Shown: positions 18,567 through 26,839, counted from the stretch's first letter. The stretch: 26,839 nt of DNA from Promethearchaeota archaeon (GCA_048941265.1 JBHLNT010000046.1:1-26839); one strand, 5' to 3'. Notes: a model not told the origin generated them from the sequence alone. Made by a program: numbers and translations.

Positions 18567-19388
18567 ATGTCAGTTGTAGGCATTGATCAAGAAAAATGCA
18601 CAAAATGTACGCTTTGTGCTCAAGAATGCGTTCGTGGTTATTTTATTGTAAAAAAAAGTGGCGATGTAATATTTAATGAAGAAGCAATTTTGTGTAATTT
18701 ATGTGGTCATTGTATCGCAGTTTGTCCTGAAAATGCTATTTTAGTACAAAAGATAGATGATATCGAAACTTTTGCCGGGATTGATTCACCTGAAACAATC
18801 GTCAATTATGATCAAATTTTCCACCTCATTCGTGCAAAACGTTCCATAAGGCGTTATAAAAATAAAAAAGTACCTAAAGATTTAATTGAAAAAGTATTTG
18901 AAGCAATGAGATATGCACCGAGTGCAAGTAATGCCAGATCGTGGCGCTACTTAATTTTATCGGATCCTGAAAAAATGAAAAGAATAAGCGATGAAATAAT
19001 TAAGACCAATTATCAATATATGGGATTTCAATCTGGAGAGCAAGCACTTCAATATTTCAAATCAATTGGAAGAGAACCCATTTTTCATAATGCACCTCAT
19101 GCAATTATTTTATATTATAGAACCATCGAAAAAAATACAACTATGATTGGACTTCGAGCAAATGATGCGGGAATAGCTTTAACTTATGGTATGCTAGCTG
19201 CTGAAAGTCTTGGTCTTGGGACATGTTGGATTGGAATGGTTCAGGGAGCAATAGCCTCAAATAGAGAGATATTGAAGATTTTAGGAATAAAAGGATTTGT
19301 TTTAGGAGCATTTATATTAGGTTTTCCTGCCGTTAAATACCGTAGAACAGTCCCTCGAGCACCACTTAAAATAAAGGGATTAGAATAA
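18567..19388 (+). CDS. Nitroreductase family protein with N-terminal 2x[4Fe-4S] ferredoxin domain
   Basis: CTKCTLCAQEC and CNLCGHCIAVCP, KRSIRRY, APSASN, AESLGLGTCWIG. Confidence 0.92.
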   Translation: MSVVGIDQEKCTKCTLCAQECVRGYFIVKKSGDVIFNEEAILCNLCGHCIAVCPENAILVQKIDDIETFAGIDSPETIVNYDQIFHLIRAKRSIRRYKNKKVPKDLIEKVFEAMRYAPSASNARSWRYLILSDPEKMKRISDEIIKTNYQYMGFQSGEQALQYFKSIGREPIFHNAPHAIILYYRTIEKNTTMIGLRANDAGIALTYGMLAAESLGLGTCWIGMVQGAIASNREILKILGIKGFVLGAFILGFPAVKYRRTVPRAPLKIKGLE

Positions 19389-19391
19389 TAT

Positions 19392-19424
19392 TCGTGAAAT
19401 GTAAGTTTCACGATTTGATTTTTT
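19392..19424 (+). terminator. Hairpin plus T-rich tract between convergent genes
   Basis: TCGTGAAA (19392-19399), 6-nt loop, TTTCACGA (19406-19413), then TTTGATTTTTT, directly after the nitroreductase stop. Confidence 0.55.
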
Positions 19425-19431
19425 AAATTTT

Positions 19432-21333
19432 TTAATAAAACATGTTATCTAATTCTTTTTTAAGCCATTCTGGAGGAAATTTAGGAGTACGATCCATAGT
19501 TAATAAGCCATTTATTTCTTGAAATTGATCGTATAGTTCTGTATAGCAAAATCCGTGTACCCACGCCTTTCTTTTATCAAATTCTTTTAACAATTCTAAA
19601 ATCCTATTGAATAAATCTTCTTTACTCTTAATTAAATGTCCATAACCCCACTTTTTTTCCAGATTGCCATGTAAATCAAATCCATACCCACCTATCTCAG
19701 AGTATATAATTGGTTCATCTCTATATCTAAAAGACTTAAGATAAATTATACGAAATCCCCTGCTAAAACTACTTTTTTCATCGTCAAAATTGTTAGGTAA
19801 AAGATCTTTTGATAAATAAAAATGCACGGTACATAAATCCGTTTTCACATGCCACCATCCATCATCATCAATAATTAACCTTGTTGGATCGATGGATTTT
19901 ATTAAATGATATAGAGAAGCAGTATAATCGACTTTTCTTTGATCTTTATATGCTCTGGGAACACCCCATCCCTCATTTAATACTGTCCATACAATTATTG
20001 AAGGATGATTATAATCTCTTTCAACTTCAGCAACAAACTCATTAATTATGTTCAATTGTGATTTCACAGAAAACCTATAAGCATTTCCTATTTCCCCCCA
20101 TACTAAAACCCCCATTTTATCACACCAATAAAGAAATCTGGGATCAAAAGCTTTTTGGTGAGTTCTTAATCCATTAAAACCAAAATCAATGATATATTGA
20201 ATATCTAACTTTATATCCTCATCCGATGGTGCTGTATAAAGACCAGTTGGCCAATAACCTTGAACCAAGAATAATTTTTGATAAAGAGGCTTGTTATTTA
20301 ATAAAACTTGTCTGTTACTACTTCCATCTCTACTCATATTTTTAGGTTTTTCTGAAATTGAAATCTTTCTCATCCCAAAATAAGACGTTACTTCATCATA
20401 GCTTTCCATAGATTTTTTATTATATACTTTTAAGTTAACATCATACAGATTAGGATTATCAACATCCCATAAATAAAGTAAATTTTCTGGAATTGAAATT
20501 CTTAATTTAAACCGATTAGGATTTAAATTAAACCATCTTGGGATGGGGATTTCCCTTCTTTCTCTTTCCAAATTCCTATCTCTTATTTCTCCAGATTTTC
20601 CTAAAAAATCCAGATTTATTACTTTTTCATTAATTTTTTTATCTTTAAAATATATTTCTATAGAGAAAGTTAGATCAGAGAACCCTATTCCGTCCATTTC
20701 ACAATCAATGAAAATTTGAGATCTATCGATATCTGGAGTAAATTTAATTTTTTTTACAAAATAATCAGATGAAATATATTCTAACCAAACTGTTTGCCAG
20801 ATACCTGTAACTCTTTGATAAAAAATACCGTTTAAATTTTCCTCCCAATATTGTTTACCTCTTGGAATTTCAAGATCAACACTTGGATTTTCAACTCGTA
20901 AGACAATTACATTGTATTTCTCGATAAAATCAGATATGTCCAAAGTAAATCCAATAAAACCTCCAGAATGGCTTCCTACACATTCTCCATTAATATAAAC
21001 ATTGCAGAAATAATTTACTGCTCCAAAATGAAGTAAAACTTTTTTTTCTAAAAATTTTCTAGGAACACTAAATTTTCGCCTATACCATACGATATCATGA
21101 AAAGAAGTGTCCTCGATTCCACTCAATTTGCTCTGGAAACAAAATGGTACAATAATTTTTTTATCAAAAGCATTTGGTATATTATTTTTATACCATCTTT
21201 CTTTTATTCCTAAATTATTATCATCAAAGGCAAAATCCCACTCTCCGTTTAGATTTATCCAATTATCCTTTCTTACAAACTGCGGTCTGGGATACTCTGG
21301 CCTTGGTATATCTTTTATATCCAATATCCCCAT
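19432..21333 (-). CDS. Glycoside hydrolase family 2 (beta-galactosidase/beta-glucuronidase-like)
   Basis: PRPEYPRPQF, LNGEWDF, LHFGAV, PRGKQ, TGIWQTVWLE, GFNGLRTHQK, NHPSIIVW..NEGWG, SEIGG, YTELYD..QEINGL. ATG 21333 follows an AGGTG SD-like motif. Confidence 0.92.
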   Translation of the reverse strand: MGILDIKDIPRPEYPRPQFVRKDNWINLNGEWDFAFDDNNLGIKERWYKNNIPNAFDKKIIVPFCFQSKLSGIEDTSFHDIVWYRRKFSVPRKFLEKKVLLHFGAVNYFCNVYINGECVGSHSGGFIGFTLDISDFIEKYNVIVLRVENPSVDLEIPRGKQYWEENLNGIFYQRVTGIWQTVWLEYISSDYFVKKIKFTPDIDRSQIFIDCEMDGIGFSDLTFSIEIYFKDKKINEKVINLDFLGKSGEIRDRNLERERREIPIPRWFNLNPNRFKLRISIPENLLYLWDVDNPNLYDVNLKVYNKKSMESYDEVTSYFGMRKISISEKPKNMSRDGSSNRQVLLNNKPLYQKLFLVQGYWPTGLYTAPSDEDIKLDIQYIIDFGFNGLRTHQKAFDPRFLYWCDKMGVLVWGEIGNAYRFSVKSQLNIINEFVAEVERDYNHPSIIVWTVLNEGWGVPRAYKDQRKVDYTASLYHLIKSIDPTRLIIDDDGWWHVKTDLCTVHFYLSKDLLPNNFDDEKSSFSRGFRIIYLKSFRYRDEPIIYSEIGGYGFDLHGNLEKKWGYGHLIKSKEDLFNRILELLKEFDKRKAWVHGFCYTELYDQFQEINGLLTMDRTPKFPPEWLKKELDNMFY

Positions 21334-21481
21334 AATTTTCACCTAATAAAATTTTAATTTCTATAATTTATACTAAAATTAATATCATTTGATATGAATT
21401 GAATCCATAATCCTTTTTCTTTAGATTAGAATATCCACATATTATGTGATTTTTTGAAGGTTCTTTTTATGTTTTTACTTC

Positions 21482-21688
21482 ATGATAGTTAATGATTTAA
21501 ATAAGAAGGTTGTTGGCAGGTTCTATAAAGAAATAATAATTGATGATGAGCATGATGGAGAGAATATAACGTACATTTTTCCTGACACTCAAGAGTTTAT
21601 TGCAGTATTAAATAGGAAATTTCTCAATCAAAAAGTCATTGCTGAAGATATTAGCTTAAAGAAAGGAATTTCTAAAGAAGGCACTTAA
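21482..21688 (+). CDS. Small hypothetical protein or gene fragment
   Basis: 68-aa ORF in an otherwise intergenic gap, protein-like composition, no recognised motif. Confidence 0.4.
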   Translation: MIVNDLNKKVVGRFYKEIIIDDEHDGENITYIFPDTQEFIAVLNRKFLNQKVIAEDISLKKGISKEGT

Positions 21689-21740
21689 AGATCAAAATCT
21701 TTATCGAACTAAAATTGATTATCTTCACTAAAATTCAATT

Positions 21741-21752
21741 AAATTTTTATTG
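21741..21752 (+). promoter_or_regulatory. Candidate TATA box for the SRP RNA
   Basis: AAATTTTTATTG about 25 nt upstream of the GC-rich start at 21774. The AT-rich background makes this weak. Confidence 0.35.
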
Positions 21753-21773
21753 CTAAAATCATTATTTTTAATC

Positions 21774-22055
21774 GGACCTCCTGGGCTGGTCTGAAACCCC
21801 ATGCTGGGTGGACCGCAAAATGCTCATAGCGGAAAATGCTTGGTTTGAGGTTCCATGAGTATTATTAACCATTATTATATCTCGTCGAAGCATCGGCTGT
21901 CTAGGTGGGTTACAAGGCAGGGTATTTTGTAGGAAATACCTAAGTCTGTAATTGCAAAACCGGCAAGGCCAGGGATGGAGCAGCCGTAAGCATAGTGATT
22001 TACGCTTGGCAGTGCAGGTGTGGAGAGGTATGATATCCTTGGTCTTAATAGTATA
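21774..22055 (+). ncRNA. ffs: Signal recognition particle (7S) RNA
   Basis: GC-rich island. Helix 6 GGTATTTT-GTAG-GAAATACC (21921-21940) has a GNAR loop. Helix 8 CGGC-AAGG-CCA-GGGA-TGG-AGCA-GCCG (21961-21986) is followed by TAAGC. Long helix 5 pairs TATTATTAA with TTAATAGTA, TTATATCTC with GAGGTATGA and GTGGGTTAC with GTGATTTAC. The 5' domain is closed by GGACCTC/GAGGTTC. T-tract at 22075. Ends approximate. Confidence 0.9.
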
Positions 22056-22153
22056 ATTGGAATCAAGAATCAGGTTTTTTAATTTTCTCTTTTATAAGTT
22101 TTTGGATGTATCTTAAAAATTTAAAAGAAATTAGTTAATTAAATGGTTTAAAA

Positions 22154-22594
22154 TTATTCTTTCTTTTCTAAATAAAGTGTATAGTGGCAATAGCGATTAT
22201 CTGTTTGTAATATACATTCGTGAATATCCGAGGAATATTTGTATTGGGGGTCCAACTCATTTAAGAAGCCACCTGTATATGGAGTACACACGCTCTTTTG
22301 AATTAATTCAGCTTTTTCTGGATCAAATTTGCCTCCTATAGGACAGAATTTCTTCGGATGTTTAATTTTTATTTCTAATTGTTTATCATTTATTCGAGTA
22401 ATTTGTACGTCTGCACCCAGTGCGGTATAACTTTTTTTTAATCCGGTTTCTATGCTTGAAAATCCTTTTTTTTTATAAATCTTAGCAAGATTAGCACCTA
22501 GTCCAGCAGAAATCGTTTTTGGAAAATTTTCTCCTCCGATATTAATCATTTCTTTAATATATGCTTGAAAAAACTTTAAAGCATCTGTAGTCAT
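22154..22594 (-). CDS. V4R/MetOD1-like small ligand-binding domain protein with four Cys
   Basis: Helical N-terminus with GLGANLA, beta hairpin, then FCPIGG, VCTPYTGGFL, IHECI, YCHYTL. AAGGGG SD-like motif upstream. Confidence 0.6.
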   Translation of the reverse strand: MTTDALKFFQAYIKEMINIGGENFPKTISAGLGANLAKIYKKKGFSSIETGLKKSYTALGADVQITRINDKQLEIKIKHPKKFCPIGGKFDPEKAELIQKSVCTPYTGGFLNELDPQYKYSSDIHECILQTDNRYCHYTLYLEKKE

Positions 22595-22790
22595 AATATC
22601 CCCTTGTTAGATACAATTGTGCATAATAAAATTTTTGATAATAATAATGTGAATTACGACTATTTAACTGTTATTCTATCTCATTATAAAAAAGAAATGA
22701 ATTTAACTTATAATTTTGAGAATGCGAAATTTTTATTTTATGGTTTTTACTCTTGTGTTTTTAACTCAAAAGGATAACTCTTACAAAGAT

Positions 22791-23384
22791 TTAGATGTTA
22801 CGGTTTAAAGTAAATCGTAATAGCAGATCTTTATCTTCTTCGGCATAATCAATTCCAATTCTCTTATTGAAAATTATTTGATTATTGTTTACTTTTTGTC
22901 CTTGAGAGAGAAATAACTTTGAATTTGGAGAACATGAATCCTTCCCATTAAATTCTTCTTTTGTGATATCCATAGCCATACATAACTTGCTTGGACCATC
23001 TACTAAATTTTTATAATTCTTTCCAATCTTGACTTTTCTATTTTCTTTCATTAACTCAATGCCCTCAATAGGGTATAACTGTCTTATAAATACTGCACAA
23101 GGCATCCCTTCTGGCTCAGTTATAATATTTAAACAAAAATACATCCCATATATATAATATATATAAATGGTTCCTGGCGGCATATACATGATTTTTGTCT
23201 TTTCAGTTTTTTTGTAATTGTAACAATGACAAGCCTTATCATCTGGGCCAAGATAAGCCTCAACTTCAATTATTTTCCCAATTATATCCCCTTTAGTTGT
23301 TTTTCTCGTTAAATATTTCCCTAATAAATCTTTAGCTACAATTTCCGTTTTTCTGCTGAAAAATTCTCTTGTTAGCCTTTTCAT
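22791..23384 (-). CDS. mpg: DNA-3-methyladenine glycosylase (MPG/AAG family)
   Basis: VAKDLLGK, IIEVEAYLG..DKACH, YIYGMYFCLN, AVFIR, GPSKLC, RIGI. Confidence 0.93.
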   Translation of the reverse strand: MKRLTREFFSRKTEIVAKDLLGKYLTRKTTKGDIIGKIIEVEAYLGPDDKACHCYNYKKTEKTKIMYMPPGTIYIYYIYGMYFCLNIITEPEGMPCAVFIRQLYPIEGIELMKENRKVKIGKNYKNLVDGPSKLCMAMDITKEEFNGKDSCSPNSKLFLSQGQKVNNNQIIFNKRIGIDYAEEDKDLLLRFTLNRNI

Positions 23385-23462
23385 ATCAATTTATAGTAAT
23401 TCGCTAAACTAATTCTTTATGCTAAAGATTAAAAAAATAAAGAGTAAAAGCTTTACGATAGA

Positions 23463-26400
23463 TTAAGGTAATACAGGAATTAAGACTGTGAAATTGTCCT
23501 CTTCAACTGATAGCCTACCATTTACACTTTCTAAAATCCGTTCAATTAATAAAAATCCTAAAAGTAATCCCCTTATTTTTTCATTTTTGCTATCTTCCCG
23601 CATTAATATTTTCTCCTTGCTAATATCTGAGATGAGGGATTGATTATCAATAAATGTCAATTTTAAATAACTTTTATCGTTGTATTGGATTTTAGTAAGT
23701 ACAATGTTTATATGAATCATAATTTTCTCAGTATATTTTACTGAACTTATTAATATGTCTTCAAAAACATCGATTAAGTAATCATTAGCTAAAACATAAA
23801 CTTCTTTAAAGGGAGAATCGAAATTAACTGTTAATTCTTTTTCTGGATTATCATTTTTCACATTTTCTATGGCGTTATTAATAATTTTAATAATTTCTTT
23901 ATGTTTTAATGGCAATTTACTTTCTTCAATTTGTGTAAGTTTCCTTATAACGGTAACTAATTTTTCAGCCTCGAAACATTTTTGTTTTATATTTTTTATT
24001 AAAAATTTGATGTTAATTAGTTTTTGAAGATCCTCCTCTTTCGAAAAAATATCAATATTCGATTGTATGTTTTTAAAAATATTATTTACATCATGGATAA
24101 ATAATTCACGGTAAAAATTTGCCCGATCATATTCATTATGATATCTCTCTCTGCTTTCCAACAATTCCAGCTCTGATTGTTGCTTTTCGAGACTAATACC
24201 TATTAATTCTGGAAAAATGCTTAATAATTCAATATTCTCATATTTCCAATCTTTAGGTTTTTCAACATTATCAAATGCTATGAATCCTGCTAGATCTTGA
24301 TTAATTTGGATAGGATATATTAAGCTAGAAGCAGTATTTCCATTTTCCATTAAATATTTTATGTTTATAGCTTCTTCGGGTAACTCTGAAACATTTTTTA
24401 TATAAATACAATCTTTATTTTGAAGATTTTTTAGCAGCCAAGGATAATTTTTTAAATCAATCTCCTGAAAATTTTCTTTAATTTGAATTACATCTTCATC
24501 ACACCATTCATAGCTCACTTTCATGGTTTTTCTGTCTTTATCAAGAAGATATATATACACTCGGCTTAAACTACTTAATCTACCAATATCAAGAAGCGAT
24601 TTATTTATCGCATTACTAATATCTTTAGCACCCACAAATTGGGGTGAAATAATTGATAAAATCCTTTCAAACTTTATGATATTTTTTATATCTTCTTCTA
24701 TATTCTTTTGTGTCGTAATATCATAAGCGATAATTTGAAAAAATGTCTCATTCTTAATTATAGCGAATGATGTTTGGATTTTTGTCCAGATTATGCCTCC
24801 ATCTTTTTTAAATAACTGTACATCTAAAAGTGGTAAAATAACATTTCTTATTTCTGCTTTAAAACGTTTAAATAGGAGTAATAAATGATTTTGATGAACA
24901 ATGGAAAGATCAATAAATTTTTTATCCAATAATTCCTCTCTCTTATAACCTAATAAATCTTCCATTGCAGGATTACAGTCAGTAATCCGCCCTTTAGAAT
25001 TTATGAGTATTATTGAAAATGGAGAATTTTCAAATAAATGACGATATTTTTTTTCAGAATCTCTTAACTTCCTTTGTGTTTGTTTACGTTCAGTTATGTC
25101 TCTTAAGATGCATTGAATTAAATTTTGTCCTCCCATCTGAACTTGACTTGTATTAATTTCAACTGGAATCTTGTTATTTTGAGAATTTATAATACTAATC
25201 TCAATAGGATGCGAAATTTCCATTTGAATTTGATTTAAAATCTTATTCATAAAATCTCCGTTTTCATCCTCAAGCTTCAATTGACTGATGTGCATCCCTA
25301 TTATATCTTCTGCAGGCAATAATAATAATTTCTCTGTTTGTTCATTTGCATCCACAATTATTCCAGACTTACGATCAATGATGAAAATCGCATCTCGAGC
25401 AGCTTTAAATAAAGCTTGATAACGTAATTCTGCAATTTTTAACGCTTCTACTGTTGGTTCAGATGCCATTAACTTATTATTAATTGTATTATGAATTTCT
25501 TGAAGTATTGTCTGAACATAAGATTTATTTAAATAATATTCCTTAATCTGGTCAAATTTTTCAAAAATATAACTATTGAATTGGTCAAGAATCGCTCTTG
25601 GTACTTTTTCATTACAATATAAGATTAAGCAAAGTGGTAAAGCTTCTCCACGAACCTGCTCGTCAATAATATAATCAAAAAAGATTGCTGCTTTCGCATT
25701 AAGGTGCGGTAATGGTAAAAGAACGGATATTTTTTTAAATTCATTGTGACCAAAAATAAATTGTGAAATAGAAAAGCATCGAACTGCAACTAATTCAGGA
25801 TCATCAAAAGCTTCTGAAGGATGAACAGCTATAACTTTTACACCTATATTTTCATCCCAACTGGCAAATATCACACCTAAGTCACTTTTAGGTTTAGGAT
25901 AAACTCTCTCAGAGATCTGTAACGCTAGCCAATTGAAAGCATCATCAATATTTATGTTTTTAACTGCACTTGTTAAAAAATACTTAATGGGTCTCCCTCC
26001 TAATTTATCTAAATCCATCGCTTGAGTTAAATATTCAATATTAGGATCTATTAAATCAATTTTATTAAACATAATCAGTAATGGTAATTCACTCATTTCA
26101 GGCATATGTGCAATTGTGTGAAGTAAATCTCGCGCATCCGGAAATTTAATTCGATCATTTATATCAAGAACAAAAATTAAACCATCTTGTCCTTTTAGAT
26201 AAGGCTTCCATAATTCCCTATATTTAGGATAGCCTGGTGTGTCGTAAGTGAGTAAAGAAATATTATTGATTATTATTCTTGAAATATCTACACTTATTGT
26301 GGGAGGAGTATTTTTAAAGATCGATTTACGTCTGCATTTAATAATTGTGGTTTTCCCGGCTTGTGATAGACCATAAATTAAAATTCTAGCATCTTTACGT

Positions 26401-26839
26401 TCAAAGATAATATTTTCTTCTGGAAGTGATTTGTAAAAATTAAATAGTAATTCATTTATTTCAGTTAACTTAGCAGGGTCCCCCTCATAGACGTTTGATG
26501 TAGTATAGAAAGCTTTATATCCCTCTTCAATTTTTTTTAATTCATTGGCAAATCTTTCTAAAAGCTCTTGTGATAATGTCATGTTAAATTTACTCTTGTT
26601 ATCAATTACTATGGATATCATCAATCTCTCTATTTTTCCTGGACTGTATTCACTTCTTATTCTGAAAATTAGATTTGCACTAATAATACTTCCAAAGGTA
26701 TGAACAAAAAAACCTTTGTCATAGAGCTCTAATAATGTGGGAATTTGATTAGATTCTTCAGATTCAACCGATTCTGGTACTTTAAAAAATATTTTTGGTC
26801 TAAAATAAGGATTATGATGGCTTAAAATTAAAATATTCA
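23463..26839 (-). CDS. Multidomain signalling protein (5' end beyond the window): longin/uDENN-like, Arf-like GTPase, longin/uDENN-like, PAS, PAS, GAF, degenerate histidine kinase
   Basis: G1 GLSQAGKTT, G2 PPTI, G3 DTPG, G4 NKID, G5 SAV. PAS motifs (YQALFKAARDAIFII...LRDITERK; YRHLFENSPFSI...DITTQK). GAF (RVYIY, YEWC, GFIAFD). H-box FIHDVNN. The frame is open from the ORF-track start (26624) to the window end. Confidence 0.88.
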   Translation of the reverse strand, partial: NILILSHHNPYFRPKIFFKVPESVESEESNQIPTLLELYDKGFFVHTFGSIISANLIFRIRSEYSPGKIERLMISIVIDNKSKFNMTLSQELLERFANELKKIEEGYKAFYTTSNVYEGDPAKLTEINELLFNFYKSLPEENIIFERKDARILIYGLSQAGKTTIIKCRRKSIFKNTPPTISVDISRIIINNISLLTYDTPGYPKYRELWKPYLKGQDGLIFVLDINDRIKFPDARDLLHTIAHMPEMSELPLLIMFNKIDLIDPNIEYLTQAMDLDKLGGRPIKYFLTSAVKNINIDDAFNWLALQISERVYPKPKSDLGVIFASWDENIGVKVIAVHPSEAFDDPELVAVRCFSISQFIFGHNEFKKISVLLPLPHLNAKAAIFFDYIIDEQVRGEALPLCLILYCNEKVPRAILDQFNSYIFEKFDQIKEYYLNKSYVQTILQEIHNTINNKLMASEPTVEALKIAELRYQALFKAARDAIFIIDRKSGIIVDANEQTEKLLLLPAEDIIGMHISQLKLEDENGDFMNKILNQIQMEISHPIEISIINSQNNKIPVEINTSQVQMGGQNLIQCILRDITERKQTQRKLRDSEKKYRHLFENSPFSIILINSKGRITDCNPAMEDLLGYKREELLDKKFIDLSIVHQNHLLLLFKRFKAEIRNVILPLLDVQLFKKDGGIIWTKIQTSFAIIKNETFFQIIAYDITTQKNIEEDIKNIIKFERILSIISPQFVGAKDISNAINKSLLDIGRLSSLSRVYIYLLDKDRKTMKVSYEWCDEDVIQIKENFQEIDLKNYPWLLKNLQNKDCIYIKNVSELPEEAINIKYLMENGNTASSLIYPIQINQDLAGFIAFDNVEKPKDWKYENIELLSIFPELIGISLEKQQSELELLESRERYHNEYDRANFYRELFIHDVNNIFKNIQSNIDIFSKEEDLQKLINIKFLIKNIKQKCFEAEKLVTVIRKLTQIEESKLPLKHKEIIKIINNAIENVKNDNPEKELTVNFDSPFKEVYVLANDYLIDVFEDILISSVKYTEKIMIHINIVLTKIQYNDKSYLKLTFIDNQSLISDISKEKILMREDSKNEKIRGLLLGFLLIERILESVNGRLSVEEDNFTVLIPVLP

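Noticed and set aside
21774-21855. tRNA-like element (7-bp closing stem, ~81 nt; TTCA on the minus strand)
   Set aside because: No T-loop or D-loop consensus and no properly placed anticodon arm on either strand; better explained as the SRP 5' domain.
21875-22066. 63-aa minus-strand ORF
   Set aside because: Antisense to the SRP RNA, whose higher GC content reduces stop codons.
1652-24726. Short overlapping ORFs in the track (1652, 1872, 2667, 6678, 9578, 10425, 11035, 11876, 13114, 15105, 17588, 21107, 24523)
   Set aside because: They overlap well-supported genes on the opposite strand or in another frame and have no motifs; shadow ORFs.
23463-26839. Roco (Roc-COR) protein
   Set aside because: No LRRs or COR-like region visible; the GTPase context is Arf-like.
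1-26839. Mobile elements, prophage or defence systems
   Set aside because: No transposase, integrase, terminal repeats, cas or restriction-type genes recognised.

Overview
AT-rich, gene-dense archaeal DNA, most likely from an Asgard archaeon (Lokiarchaeia-like). This is inferred from a gelsolin-domain protein, an Arf-like GTPase fusion, an archaeal/eukaryote-type SRP RNA and AGGTG/GGGG Shine-Dalgarno-like motifs. Left part: a partial repeat-containing ORF, a one-domain gelsolin, a stand-alone FIST protein and a luxE-luxC fatty-acid reductase pair without luxAB/D. Next comes a HEAT-repeat/winged-helix/Ig-like protein that probably starts at ATA. The middle is metabolic: mtnA, an (alpha/alpha)-barrel protein, a Nudix hydrolase, DUF1848, a CrtI-like oxidoreductase paired with an FAD/2Fe-2S reductase, a CDF transporter, an Ldh_2 dehydrogenase, a ferredoxin-nitroreductase and GH2. 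The right part holds an unannotated SRP RNA with an unusual 5' domain, a V4R-like protein and a 3-methyladenine glycosylase. It ends with the most striking gene, which runs off the window edge and fuses putative longin/uDENN-like domains and an Arf-like GTPase to PAS-PAS-GAF and a degenerate histidine kinase. All domain calls come from reading motifs by eye; no searches were run.
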